Source of the DNA: Candidatus Poribacteria bacterium
GTDB lineage: Bacteria > Poribacteria > WGA-4E > WGA-3G
Assembly: GCA_965205025.1 (NCBI GenBank)
Contig: CBDBFU010000021.1
Coordinates: forward strand, 1 to 64,000
Length of the DNA: 64,000 nt
Direction: 5' to 3'
Within the stretch, counting starts at the first letter, position 1, and every line of letters begins with the position of its first letter. The notes under the pieces are model-generated. The model did no database searches and was not told the origin of the DNA. It saw nothing but the letters and a program-made list of their open reading frames with translations. The position numbers were made by a program, and so were the translations under genes. Positions 31,243-41,498 of the stretch are shown here, piece after piece.

Positions 31243-31510
31243 CCCAAGTTGCTACTTAATAGTTTTAAGACATGGAAAACTGTCTTGAATGAAATAATTC
31301 TGGTAGTCAGCCAATATTTGTAGTGTGAACTTCAAGCTTGCATCATAAAGATGCACAAACTGAATGAGGATTAAATAAATATTTCGGTAATTCTAATTTT
31401 CCCAAACCCGGTAGGTGCGGTTTCCTAACCGCACTGGATTTTTCCCCAAAATTACCGATTTAAAAAATTAATCTTCATAAAGTTTGTGCTACAAGTATAA
31501 ACTTGGGTTA
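31240..31510. mobile_element. Nested composite repeat with TAACCCAAGTT/AACTTGGGTTA ends
   Basis: Perfect 11-bp terminal IR; holds the same inner layers as 29435-29695. Confidence 0.8.
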
Positions 31511-31530
31511 TCATATATCTGAATGAAGGA

Positions 31531-32685
31531 TTAATTGGTTATTCTTTTTGTTTCTAATGTTAACCATTCGCCATATCCTCGTGGCATCTCATCTGGGGGT
31601 TGTAATTCATTTTCTTCTCTCCATCTGAGTAAAGGATGTGTTCTGTTTTCCTGGGGTAGATTGACTCTTTCTCTATATGCTGCAGACTCAAAGATGCCCA
31701 TCATCATCTCAATGATATGTCGTCCTTCACTCCCACTACAAGTGTGTTCTCTACCTTCATCTAATGCATTTACATAATCTTCAACGAACCAATAATCGTC
31801 CTGTGAAGCACTACTCTTTGGATCGTAATGTTCAGGGAAAACAAGATCTAACGATTCCCATTTGTCATTATTACCGTCAGGTAAGTAGTGTGGTGTTGGT
31901 AAAAGCCATGCTCCGGCACTCTTCCAGAATAGTCGTCCTTCTGTTCCGAATAATTCCATTGAATAAGCATTTGTATCCATAGTGTTAAAGCGATGTTGTA
32001 ACAATGTCCCTGTGACATTTCCTTCGTATTGGAGTGTGGCAGTTATATATTCCCCTGCTATTGTTCCCATACCACTTGGTGATGGCACAACATCCTGAGG
32101 TGAAATCGGTTTTCCTCCTGTAGTTAGGTGTGCTGCTACACTAACACATTTTCTGCCAAAATGTAGCATGTTATTCAACATATGAGTGCCAATATTCATC
32201 AAACCATAACCACCATAATAACCTTTACCACTCCCATACATATACCGTAATTCACCTATTTTTCCTTCGTTATATGCACGAGATATAGCTTGCATAGATG
32301 AACCAACTCTCCCTTGATGATGTACAGCAACCTGAACTCCTTTCTCTTCTGACTTTCTTAATACATCATCGGCTTGTAATAGGTCAATACACATCGGTTT
32401 TTCTACTTCAATATGGACCCCGTATTCCAATACACGCATACATAAATCGTAATGAAATTCTGTTCCTGTTGGGATAGCAACGATATCCGGTGAAGAAACT
32501 TTAATCATTTCATCTAAATCAGCAAATCTTGATGAAACGCCTACTTCATCCCCTAATGTATTCCTTCGTTCCTCAATTAAATCACAGAGAGCGACTATCT
32601 CAGTACGTGGGTGTGCATGGTATGCCCGTGCTGCAGCAGTTCCTCTTCCTCTACAACCTAATATTGCGACTCGGTATATCTTCAT
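31531..32685 (-). CDS. Gfo/Idh/MocA family oxidoreductase
   Basis: VAILGCRGRG, VEKPM, LMNIGTH. Confidence 0.9.
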   Translation of the reverse strand: MKIYRVAILGCRGRGTAAARAYHAHPRTEIVALCDLIEERRNTLGDEVGVSSRFADLDEMIKVSSPDIVAIPTGTEFHYDLCMRVLEYGVHIEVEKPMCIDLLQADDVLRKSEEKGVQVAVHHQGRVGSSMQAISRAYNEGKIGELRYMYGSGKGYYGGYGLMNIGTHMLNNMLHFGRKCVSVAAHLTTGGKPISPQDVVPSPSGMGTIAGEYITATLQYEGNVTGTLLQHRFNTMDTNAYSMELFGTEGRLFWKSAGAWLLPTPHYLPDGNNDKWESLDLVFPEHYDPKSSASQDDYWFVEDYVNALDEGREHTCSGSEGRHIIEMMMGIFESAAYRERVNLPQENRTHPLLRWREENELQPPDEMPRGYGEWLTLETKRITN

Positions 32686-32736
32686 AGGTATAATCCTTGT
32701 ATGATGACTCTTAATTGTATTTCCTTAATTGTAATA

Positions 32737-32765
32737 ACTATAACAAATGCAGATAGTTATGTCAA
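32737..32765 (-). promoter_or_regulatory. Putative sigma70 promoter for 32685
   Basis: Minus strand TTGACA-17nt-TATAGT. Confidence 0.6.
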
Positions 32766-32795
32766 TTTACAGAATTAATAATTTATATCTAAACA

Positions 32796-32926
32796 ATATC
32801 ATTTCTAAATAGGTTTATCCCCTGATTAATTGTTATGCATGACTTGAAATACTACACAAACTGGAAGTTTGTGCTACATTAAAGAGATTCTATTAATGAG
32901 ACTTTAATTATTACCATGAATGGTAT
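32796..32926. mobile_element. ATACCATTTCTA-family MITE-like element containing REP-A
   Basis: Homologous to 50023-50140; contains CACAAACTGGAAGTTTGTGCTAC. Confidence 0.7.
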
Positions 32927-33816
32927 TACTTCCTATGGGAAAGATAGGTTGATAATGCAGTATCAAACGGGGTTGTAGTATCAATTTGTACATAGTCAAT
33001 CTGACTGGAACCGCATCCACGTCGGTAATTCTGTATGAATTGGTTTAACCCGTTTAAGTAGTCTGTCTTTAGTGAATCAGCCTGTGTTGAGAGAGTTTGT
33101 CCGTTTTCCATATCCCGAAATATAACGGAACCATTGTATGGAAAGTTAATTTCTGCATGATCAAGCAGATGGAACACAATGACTTCATGCTTCTGATGAC
33201 GTAGATGTTTTAATGCAGAAATAACTTGTGAAGGTTCATCAAGTAAATCAGAAATGACGATCACCAACCCCCGTCTAACAATCCGTTTTGCAAGTTCATG
33301 AAATAGAGTACTTAATTTGGTTTCTTGTCCTGGAGTAGCGTTTTCCAATGTATTCATTATTGCCCGAAGGTGTTTGGCAGTTCCTCTGGGTGGGATATAT
33401 TCTGTAATATCGGTATCAAAAAGTGCTAATCCAACTGAATCCCGCTGCTTTAGCATAAGGTAGGCAAGTGAAGCAGTAAGATAACAACCATATTCAAATT
33501 TGGTAATTGATGAATCAGTATGTTTGAAATTCATTGATGCACTTGTATCTAATAGAATATAGGCTCTTAAGTTTGTTTCCTCCTCAAATTTCTTAATATA
33601 ATATCTATCAGATTTTCCAAATACTTTCCAGTCAATGTATCTAATTTCATCACCTGGCATGTATTGTCTATGTTCTGCAAACTCAACACTGAATCCTTGA
33701 TAAGGACTCTTATGTAGTCCAGTTACAAATCCTTCAACGACTAGTCTCGCGACCAGTTCCATTCCTCCTATTCTTGATAACGTTACAGGATCTAAGTATT
33801 TATGAGTAGTTTGCAT
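32926..33816 (-). CDS. DUF58 family protein (MoxR-associated, vWA-like)
   Basis: GFSVEFAEHRQYMPGDEIRYIDWK, LLDTSASM, VISD. Confidence 0.93.
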   Translation of the reverse strand: MQTTHKYLDPVTLSRIGGMELVARLVVEGFVTGLHKSPYQGFSVEFAEHRQYMPGDEIRYIDWKVFGKSDRYYIKKFEEETNLRAYILLDTSASMNFKHTDSSITKFEYGCYLTASLAYLMLKQRDSVGLALFDTDITEYIPPRGTAKHLRAIMNTLENATPGQETKLSTLFHELAKRIVRRGLVIVISDLLDEPSQVISALKHLRHQKHEVIVFHLLDHAEINFPYNGSVIFRDMENGQTLSTQADSLKTDYLNGLNQFIQNYRRGCGSSQIDYVQIDTTTPFDTALSTYLSHRK

Positions 33817-33843
33817 ATTTTCTGATTATGATTGAATTAAAAG

Positions 33844-33878
33844 AAAACTCGTCCATAAAAGACTTATGGACGAGTTTT
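33844..33878. terminator. Intrinsic, possibly bidirectional terminator
   Basis: Perfect 15-bp stem AAAACTCGTCCATAA / TTATGGACGAGTTTT just downstream of the 33889 stop. Confidence 0.8.
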
Positions 33879-33888
33879 AAGAGTATTT

Positions 33889-35787
33889 TTACATTCCCAT
33901 CTGATTCATCATCATGAAAGTTTGAATCAACTGTTGAAAATCACCAAGAGTAATTAACAGGTTTCCACCGATTCCATCATCTTCAACTTTAGCAGAAACA
34001 CCGATGCTATATGTTTCAGGAATACCCATTAACATACCTGATATCATCTCCAATTCAGCGCCGCCTTCCGGCATTGTCTTTGCAGCTAATTTCATGACAT
34101 TTTTGATAGCATTAAGTGGTGATAAGCCAATGAATAAGTTATTCTCTGTACCTAACTTATCAATTAGATTCTGATAACTTGCGTTCTCTCCGACATTTTC
34201 AACTAATTGAGCTTTTCTATCTAATGCTTCCTTGATCTGTTCAGGAGATCCTCCAGCAAAATAAAGGTAACCATCCGAAATTGCATAAGCCATTTGCCAT
34301 TCCTGGGGAAAGAGTCCATGCATTTCTGGTGGAACATCTACAAAAGCTGAACCGAAATTAGGGAAAACGATACTATTTATCTCAACACCATTATGTACTA
34401 AAGGAGTACCTTCATAAACTCCATCATAGATAGCTATTTGTGGAGAATCACCCAGTGCAGATCTCATAATCTCCATATTCTTTTCAAGATTTGTCATAAG
34501 GTGTTCTTTAAAATATGTGATAACGGGTGCTTCATCCTTTAAACCTACTATGGAAATATAATCAGGAATAATGCTCTCACTAATATTCATTGAGAAACTC
34601 CATTCCTCTTCCAAGGCATCATTAACTGCTTCCAACTGTTTAGCGACTTCATCCATATGTGCTGATATATCAGGATCTTGTTCAGTTAATTCTTCTGTAA
34701 GCATATTCATCCAAGATAACGAAAGTTTTGTGAGGAATGTTGAATCACCTTGAAAACTTCCATTAATGAGCGTATTATTGGGTAAGTCATTTAACAAGGT
34801 TAATTCATTTGGCATGAATTCGTTTAATATATCTTGTATTTTTGAATCACTCTTGAATTGGAGGAATGGGGATAATTGTACATCAGTTCCATCTATCTGA
34901 AGTGTTGCCATAAAAGACTTAGAAGATTCAACGAAGTCCATGAATTGATCTAAGGATGCTCGTATAGTCAAACCTGAATTAGCAGATGTGGGATCACTTT
35001 CAAGAGTATCTATGATAGAATCTACTTCCATTTTCAATAGTTCAATAAATTGTTCTATGATAGTTTCAAGATTAATATAAACGGCTAATTGATCAAATCC
35101 ATTTATAATGTTTCCAATGAAAGATTTATAGTCCGGATGATTAACTATTGTCGGAACAGTACCTTTAGTAATATCAATTACATTTTCACAGACTTCTGGA
35201 AGTTGAGAAAAAACAAGTATATTATCAATAATTAGGAAACTACCACTTTCATCTGCAGATGTCCAATATGAGACACCATTATATTCTTTGGGTTCTCCTC
35301 CATCTGCTTCTGCTTCTATAACCTCTATCATCGCATCTGGATCGGTCAAATGGACAGCAGCAGAAATAAAAAATGGGTCTAAACTGTTGAAAAAAACAGC
35401 GAAATCCTGCTCAATATCTAACCCAATTTCTTCTAATTCAGATAAACTGGTAAAACCAGCCCCAAAGGACTCTGCGAGGATCTGTGCAAGTAATTCTGGA
35501 GATACTCCAATTTGTGGAACTAACATTAAAGCAGCATTATTTATTTTATTATCTAAATCCTTCAGACTGGGACAATATATGACTCCTAATGAAGTATCAG
35601 GAATTAGATTTAATACACTATTTTCTGCTACACCCTGATCGGCAATATCAGTTTTCGGTTGAAGTGGATCTGAATTCTCTTGGTCTGATATTTGTGCTAT
35701 CAATTGAAGATTTACACTTACAACAGTAAATAGTAACGTTATAATGAATGCAAATGATTGTTGTGTGAAGGATAGTTTCTTTTTCAT
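33889..35787 (-). CDS. Secreted acidic hypothetical protein (DUF3352-like architecture)
   Basis: 632-aa ORF, signal-like N-terminus, AGGAGA SD; family is a weak resemblance. Confidence 0.7.
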   Translation of the reverse strand: MKKKLSFTQQSFAFIITLLFTVVSVNLQLIAQISDQENSDPLQPKTDIADQGVAENSVLNLIPDTSLGVIYCPSLKDLDNKINNAALMLVPQIGVSPELLAQILAESFGAGFTSLSELEEIGLDIEQDFAVFFNSLDPFFISAAVHLTDPDAMIEVIEAEADGGEPKEYNGVSYWTSADESGSFLIIDNILVFSQLPEVCENVIDITKGTVPTIVNHPDYKSFIGNIINGFDQLAVYINLETIIEQFIELLKMEVDSIIDTLESDPTSANSGLTIRASLDQFMDFVESSKSFMATLQIDGTDVQLSPFLQFKSDSKIQDILNEFMPNELTLLNDLPNNTLINGSFQGDSTFLTKLSLSWMNMLTEELTEQDPDISAHMDEVAKQLEAVNDALEEEWSFSMNISESIIPDYISIVGLKDEAPVITYFKEHLMTNLEKNMEIMRSALGDSPQIAIYDGVYEGTPLVHNGVEINSIVFPNFGSAFVDVPPEMHGLFPQEWQMAYAISDGYLYFAGGSPEQIKEALDRKAQLVENVGENASYQNLIDKLGTENNLFIGLSPLNAIKNVMKLAAKTMPEGGAELEMISGMLMGIPETYSIGVSAKVEDDGIGGNLLITLGDFQQLIQTFMMMNQMGM

Positions 35788-35838
35788 ATTATTTCTCCTT
35801 GGGAGAGGATCGAAAGCATCCTCTCTTATAGACTGTCC

Positions 35839-36924
35839 TCATTGGTTTTTTGTTATTAATTGTTCTAATTCTTGTATTTCAGATAAAGATGTCAAAACAC
35901 TAATTTCAACTTCATAATGTCGTCGACCACCAGGTTCGATATGTTGCAATGTACCTTGTTCTCGTTCATCTGCTCTCCCGGAAACTTTACAGTTTGACGG
36001 TTCCAACCCCATAACATAGGATCCTTGACCACACAATTTCCATTGTATAAAATGTGGGAATTGTGTTTTATGATATCTAACCGCAATTCCGATTCCTTGT
36101 TTTTTATTAAATCCACGATTTACAAGTGCTACACGAATATGGTTATCAACATCAGGTTCCATTTCGTGAAAATAAACTTGTTCCTCGACATCTATTGTTG
36201 GGGGTTCTCCGATATTATAGTTATTAAGGTTATTTTTGGCAGGTTCATCTCGGGGAGTTATTTGGGTTGTAGGAGAAATTAATTCACTTCCATCTGCAAG
36301 TATTGGGTATCCGATGTTAATATGGAATAGATACATATGAGGACATTCCTTATACCCTAAGTTTTCAACGATATCTTCAATGTGAATCTTTTTTGAACCT
36401 AATTCTGTCCAAATTCGTCGTGTACGGCACAAGTGTTCTCCTAATGCTGTTGTTTCAGAAACTTTACCTTGTGCCCATAGAATATATCTGTCCCCTTCCC
36501 ACCTACTATCTACCCATACATTTTTTGCTGGAATATGAGAGACTCTACCGTGTAATCCAAGCTCTTCATCGTTATCTGTATTTGGAGGACCAACCTGTGT
36601 CATTCCGCATGTGGTCAATAGACCACCATAGAAACCCCGCAACCAACCTAATCCACTGGGTTCATAAAAGGAAGCTTCAACATCACCAGTACTTGATCGC
36701 CAACATAAAGGAATACCATTATAATCAGCAAATGATATATCCATTCCACGATTTGGGAGGACTATGAAATTTAATCCTGAACCTGTTCTGAAACCGATTG
36801 CATCTGTTCCTTTTTCATTTCCATTTGAGAGTTGATAAGTCTTGACTTCGGCGACTTGTGATATGTCCCCTATGTGGCGAAGTAGTTGAACTCTATCATA
36901 AGTTTCACCAAAAATATTAATCAA
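35839..36924 (-). CDS. Aldose 1-epimerase family / DUF4432 protein
   Basis: RGMDI, GGLLTTCG, GLHGR, HINIGYP, GLEP. Confidence 0.88.
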   Translation of the reverse strand: MINIFGETYDRVQLLRHIGDISQVAEVKTYQLSNGNEKGTDAIGFRTGSGLNFIVLPNRGMDISFADYNGIPLCWRSSTGDVEASFYEPSGLGWLRGFYGGLLTTCGMTQVGPPNTDNDEELGLHGRVSHIPAKNVWVDSRWEGDRYILWAQGKVSETTALGEHLCRTRRIWTELGSKKIHIEDIVENLGYKECPHMYLFHINIGYPILADGSELISPTTQITPRDEPAKNNLNNYNIGEPPTIDVEEQVYFHEMEPDVDNHIRVALVNRGFNKKQGIGIAVRYHKTQFPHFIQWKLCGQGSYVMGLEPSNCKVSGRADEREQGTLQHIEPGGRRHYEVEISVLTSLSEIQELEQLITKNQ

Positions 36925-37115
36925 TTAAACTTCTCCTTAATAAGTACAATTGTGTATGATGTGTAAAGGCATTATAGCATATATCACCTAAGTATTACAA
37001 GAAGGATATATCATTAGGCTGTGTAAAGTTTTTGGCCTATAGACGTCAATTTAGTGAAATAGTATGTTTTAAGATTGTTTGAGTTGACAGATAAGAAATG
37101 ATAGATAATTTTATT

Positions 37116-38282
37116 TTATATCGCAGTTCTCAGAATTTCTGCAGCCTGATTAATAACCTTTAATTTTTGTATTGCTATTTCTGTTGTATTAACTGGTCTA
37201 TCAGCAAATGTTCCAAACCCACAATCTGGATTAAGGTATATCTGTTCAGGGATACGATGTTTCAATACTGATTTTACTTTATCGACAATAAACTCTACAG
37301 TTTCAACATGTGTTGTTCTTGGATCAACCACACCAAGACCAATTTCTTTATCTGATGGTAGTTCAGATAAGACATCAATGCTACCTGCTCGTTCTGTCGC
37401 ATATTCCAATACGAATTGTTTTATCTTCATCTGACTAAAAAATGGAATTAAAAGATCATAAGATCCGCGAAGAAGTACATCTTCTTGTTGACTCCAATTT
37501 CCTCTACACACATGTATTGCAGTCTTGATTTTATCATCGAATCCATCAATAACACGATTAATGAGTTCTACAGCAAAATTGAGTTCTTCTTCTGGACTAC
37601 TCTTTTCAGAAAGCGCAGCACACATAAATGTATGGGTTTCATGTGGACCTGTAAATGCTACCTCTGTCAATACAGGTTCATCAAATTGTACATAATCACA
37701 TCCAGCATCTTTTAACTCTTGTAATTCCTGTCGTAGGATACTGACAACATCATCTCCTAATGATTCTTTATCTGGGTAAAAGTCATACGATAACTTCTTC
37801 ACCCACATAGACCTTGTAAGTAGGTATGGACCAGGGAGTGTAACTTTTATTGGCTTGGAGGTATGTTGTTTTAAGAATAAATAGTCATTCAACACAAGAT
37901 GTGTTGTTCGTTCTAATTTTCCATCAACCACGGGATTCTTTAGAGCAAAAGCCGGTACATCAAGGGCATTGAGTAATTGTTCAAACGCAGCTTTGTCCTC
38001 AACATAATCCAGCATTTCTGCCAGAGTCATTAACCGAATTCCATCAATACATCCAGTAATAAATGAGTAGAAATTATCTCTGCGTTGTTCACCATCACTG
38101 ACAATATCTACTCCATTATCTTCTTGTATTTTAAGACTTTCTAATACAGCATCATCAGCGATAGTATTAAAATCTTGGTCACTTATACGACCTTTTCCTC
38201 TATCTCTAAGTGCCCGTGACACAGTCTTTGACCGTGGCATACTTCCAACTACAGTTACGGGAAATTGTGGTAAGTTATTCAT
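37116..38282 (-). CDS. Cobalamin-independent methionine synthase II family, core-only MetE-like Zn-thiol alkyltransferase
   Basis: VVGSMPR, SDGEQRR, VQFDEP, Zn ligands HVC..LEY..NPDCGF; 388 aa, no N-terminal folate half. Confidence 0.9.
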   Translation of the reverse strand: MNNLPQFPVTVVGSMPRSKTVSRALRDRGKGRISDQDFNTIADDAVLESLKIQEDNGVDIVSDGEQRRDNFYSFITGCIDGIRLMTLAEMLDYVEDKAAFEQLLNALDVPAFALKNPVVDGKLERTTHLVLNDYLFLKQHTSKPIKVTLPGPYLLTRSMWVKKLSYDFYPDKESLGDDVVSILRQELQELKDAGCDYVQFDEPVLTEVAFTGPHETHTFMCAALSEKSSPEEELNFAVELINRVIDGFDDKIKTAIHVCRGNWSQQEDVLLRGSYDLLIPFFSQMKIKQFVLEYATERAGSIDVLSELPSDKEIGLGVVDPRTTHVETVEFIVDKVKSVLKHRIPEQIYLNPDCGFGTFADRPVNTTEIAIQKLKVINQAAEILRTAI

Positions 38283-38415
38283 TGTTGATTTACCTTTCTC
38301 AAGTCAGCTATTAAATTGTATTCTATACGAGTTCCACTGGAAAGTTTGTGGTACAAGGTAGTAATTTGGATTATTCTAATTAAAAATGTTAAATGTTATG
38401 ATTCTGTTGCATAAC

Positions 38416-38638
38416 TTATTGATGAGAGTTGAGATCTTCAATGATCTTTTCAAAAATTACAACCTGCTGCAGTAGTTGCACCAAATACTGCAGCAGGTTG
38501 GACAATCTCACATAATCGCCACCTATCTATTCCTTCTTGGTTGAGTATGTTTTCCAGATCTGGCATGCTACTTGATGCAAACCCCAATCCCTTCTCCTTC
38601 TGAGTAACCCTGATTGTCTTATATTCATACTTTTGCAT
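38416..38638 (-). CDS. DUF4177-like small protein with an apparent frameshift near 38463
   Basis: KYEYK..LNQEGIDRWRL; removing one base gives ..VVIFEKIIEDLNSHQ*. Confidence 0.6.
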
Positions 38639-38656
38639 CTGGTGCTCCGTTTTGGA

Positions 38657-39145
38657 TTATGATAAGTAAGGACGTCTGTCTATATAGTAAACAAGATGTC
38701 CTTGATTTTCACTAAAACCGATTGAGTCATAAAATGATTCTTCACAGTTTTCCACGATGTAACCTGTGATGAATGTTGCTCCCATTTTCTCTAATTCATT
38801 GATGAGCACTTTCCCTAATTTATAACCAACTTGTTCTTCATCAGCTTCAATCAGTGATCCGTTGTTGTATTTTGATTTACTCCCCTGATACTGCACATCT
38901 ATAGAAAATTCCATAATATGAGCAGAAAGTCCATCAAAAGTTGCGCGGGCAAGTCCAATAATTTCTGTCTGAATATAAGCGGCAATTATGAGATGTTGAT
39001 GTTCCAGTATTCGCGAGGCAACCTCTTTCCCAAATCCTACTTCACATATATTATTCTTTTCATAAAAAGTGAATAGTTCATCAGGAGTGATATTGGGATT
39101 TACAATGACTTCTATTGAGTCTTTAATTTTGTTTGTCTTATCCAT
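38657..39145 (-). CDS. GNAT-fold acetyltransferase-like protein
   Basis: IIGLARA, IDVQYQG, ESFYDSIGF. Confidence 0.75.
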   Translation of the reverse strand: MDKTNKIKDSIEVIVNPNITPDELFTFYEKNNICEVGFGKEVASRILEHQHLIIAAYIQTEIIGLARATFDGLSAHIMEFSIDVQYQGSKSKYNNGSLIEADEEQVGYKLGKVLINELEKMGATFITGYIVENCEESFYDSIGFSENQGHLVYYIDRRPYLS

Positions 39146-39204
39146 TTGACATTTTTAGTTACATACAATAACTGTAATAATTATAGTTTATATCAACAGA
39201 AGGG

Positions 39205-40998
39205 TTAAAGTGTCTTGTAATAATCGCGTATTTTATACGATATTAATTGTCTTCTTTCGTTTAAAAATTCTTCATAATTATCTGCAGTAATGGATTCCAT
39301 TTCATCAGGAATACAATGTGATTTCAGATTTTCACGTAATTGTTCTAAATCTCTAATACCACCTAAACGTAATCTACCGTTTTGACATTGTTCAATTACT
39401 TCAGAGAAGTAATTTTTTGGTGGTTTTGCTTTAATCGCTATATTAATTTCACTCTGCATGACGACATAGTTTGCAATTTGATTGTAGCTGCTTTGCGTAT
39501 AACCATGATTCTGTAAATACTTCTTTGGAAAGACATGGTGGATATTTGACTGACCTTCAAGTAGAACTTGCACTGTTAAATCCTTTGAGAGGAATCCTTT
39601 ATCATTTCTCTTAACTTGACTCGCAAGAAAAACATTAAAATATGGACTACTTGCTACAGAGGTTTTTAATCTTAAAGGGAAACCAACATTCCAGAATGTA
39701 TCGGAGAGATCTGAATTTTCAATATCTCTTAAAACAGATACTACACCTGATTCATTAATTAATCGAATGTCCGAATCAAACACTGTTTCAGAAGATCCAG
39801 TATACCTTGCAGTTAACACAGACATTACAAACCAGCGTCTAACAAATGACTCAATTTTTGCATCATCTACTTTTTGTTTTCGTAGTGTCAAATATAATAT
39901 ATACGCAAAATTGGCAGTGTTCTTGGATTTTATCATTGAGGAAGTTATAAAACCAGCAGAACGTAAAATCATTATGAATCGTTTAAAATTTGTCTCATTC
40001 ATAAAATGAAATACACTGTTGTTAAGTCTTTCAAATGAATCTTCTGCTATTGAATCTTCAAAACTGCGAGTTTCAAAATTACGTCCTGATAATAAAGCAA
40101 CTAAGTCACTTAACCTTCCTCTTTGAAATTCAGTGGTAAATGTAACTCTAAGCATATCAGTATAAGAAGGATCATATAGGTCTTCTCTCTCATGTCTAAG
40201 CCATTTCATAGTATTAAAGTATTCAGTGTTATTGAAGCTTTCATCTTGACTTAGGACATTGTAAGATTCTGGAGAAACTGCAAGATTGCAAAAGTAATCA
40301 ATACACTTTCGGAGTAAATGACCATCATATCGGTCATTAGCCGCCATCTTAGACATAACAAAATCCGAAGTATTCAGAGAAACCCCTTTTGAATTAATTC
40401 GAACGAAAATTTCAGTTACAGTATCGATTTTTAATTCAGACTTTAATTCAATTAAACCTATATTATTAAATAGTATATTCTTAAGACGTAAAATTCGATC
40501 ATCAATTATCTCTGTTTTCATCTCTGGATTAACTAAACAATAGTTATCAACTAATTTTCGCATACTTGTTTCTGGTTTAAATACTTCAGAAATATCTTGT
40601 ATCCATTCTTGATTTTTTTGAATAGCGGCGTTTCTTACTTCAAAGATCTTATCTCCAGGATGAAAAGAAATTATAATTCGTTTCTGCGTGTAGTTTTTGT
40701 TAATAATATGTTTACCAGATAATGCTGCAAGAAGCGCAATTACACGTTGTTGTCCATCAATAAGTATTTTCTTACCAATAGACTTCTCTCCATCTTTTAG
40801 TCTAATATTTGGTGTGATCCATGTTATTAGGTAACCTACTGGATATCCTGAATAGAGGGAATCAATAAAATCACGGACTTGAGCAGAATTCCATACAAAA
40901 GGTCGTTGAATCTCTGGAATAGCGATTTCTTCTGAGTCATCCCATGATAATAAATTTTGAATTGTAGTTTGTTTTACCTCGTAAAGTTGTTTTTCCAT
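39205..40998 (-). CDS. DUF262 + C-terminal HNH (GmrSD-like type IV restriction endonuclease)
   Basis: IPEIQRPFVW, LIDGQQR, FVRINSKG, HHVFPK..NQIAN..N. Confidence 0.88.
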   Translation of the reverse strand: MEKQLYEVKQTTIQNLLSWDDSEEIAIPEIQRPFVWNSAQVRDFIDSLYSGYPVGYLITWITPNIRLKDGEKSIGKKILIDGQQRVIALLAALSGKHIINKNYTQKRIIISFHPGDKIFEVRNAAIQKNQEWIQDISEVFKPETSMRKLVDNYCLVNPEMKTEIIDDRILRLKNILFNNIGLIELKSELKIDTVTEIFVRINSKGVSLNTSDFVMSKMAANDRYDGHLLRKCIDYFCNLAVSPESYNVLSQDESFNNTEYFNTMKWLRHEREDLYDPSYTDMLRVTFTTEFQRGRLSDLVALLSGRNFETRSFEDSIAEDSFERLNNSVFHFMNETNFKRFIMILRSAGFITSSMIKSKNTANFAYILYLTLRKQKVDDAKIESFVRRWFVMSVLTARYTGSSETVFDSDIRLINESGVVSVLRDIENSDLSDTFWNVGFPLRLKTSVASSPYFNVFLASQVKRNDKGFLSKDLTVQVLLEGQSNIHHVFPKKYLQNHGYTQSSYNQIANYVVMQSEINIAIKAKPPKNYFSEVIEQCQNGRLRLGGIRDLEQLRENLKSHCIPDEMESITADNYEEFLNERRQLISYKIRDYYKTL

Positions 40999-41141
40999 AT
41001 TCTCTCCTTGGTAATTCCATAATTCTCAATAAACTGATATAAGAATACCATTATATCAACCAAGTATGTTGATATCTAATTTGGCTATTTAAGTACCAAC
41101 GTTTTTTGACCAAATTTAGAAAATCATGTATATAATTTACA

Positions 41142-41489
41142 CTAATATACTGATGATACATTATTATTGAGAATTGTCATTATCTTTGGATTAAATTTCT
41201 TGAAAGCAATTAATTCTGCTGCCTTTAATCTGTTCTTATTTTTAAAACTATCATGCAACCACCAATGAATTGCTGAGATTTTCTCAGGGTTCAATGATGT
41301 CGCTGAAGCCCCCATTGTTACACTGCTATCTTGTCTAATAGTATGTTGTATTATACGATTATGTAAATTTGTACTTGAACCAACATAAACTACTTTACCT
41401 TTATTATCATATATTACATAAATTCCAGGCTTGTTACTACTCACTTCACTTAGTGTAAAGTCAATAATATTATCCCTACTATTCTTCAT
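41142..41489 (-). CDS. GIY-YIG nuclease family protein
   Basis: PGIYVIY...VVYVGSSTNLHNRIIQH. Confidence 0.8.
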   Translation of the reverse strand: MKNSRDNIIDFTLSEVSSNKPGIYVIYDNKGKVVYVGSSTNLHNRIIQHTIRQDSSVTMGASATSLNPEKISAIHWWLHDSFKNKNRLKAAELIAFKKFNPKIMTILNNNVSSVY

Positions 41490-41498
41490 TCCAAATCC

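Noticed and set aside
38283-38415. SAM or cobalamin riboswitch upstream of the MetE-like gene
   Set aside because: No recognisable conserved riboswitch core; the region holds a REP-A remnant.
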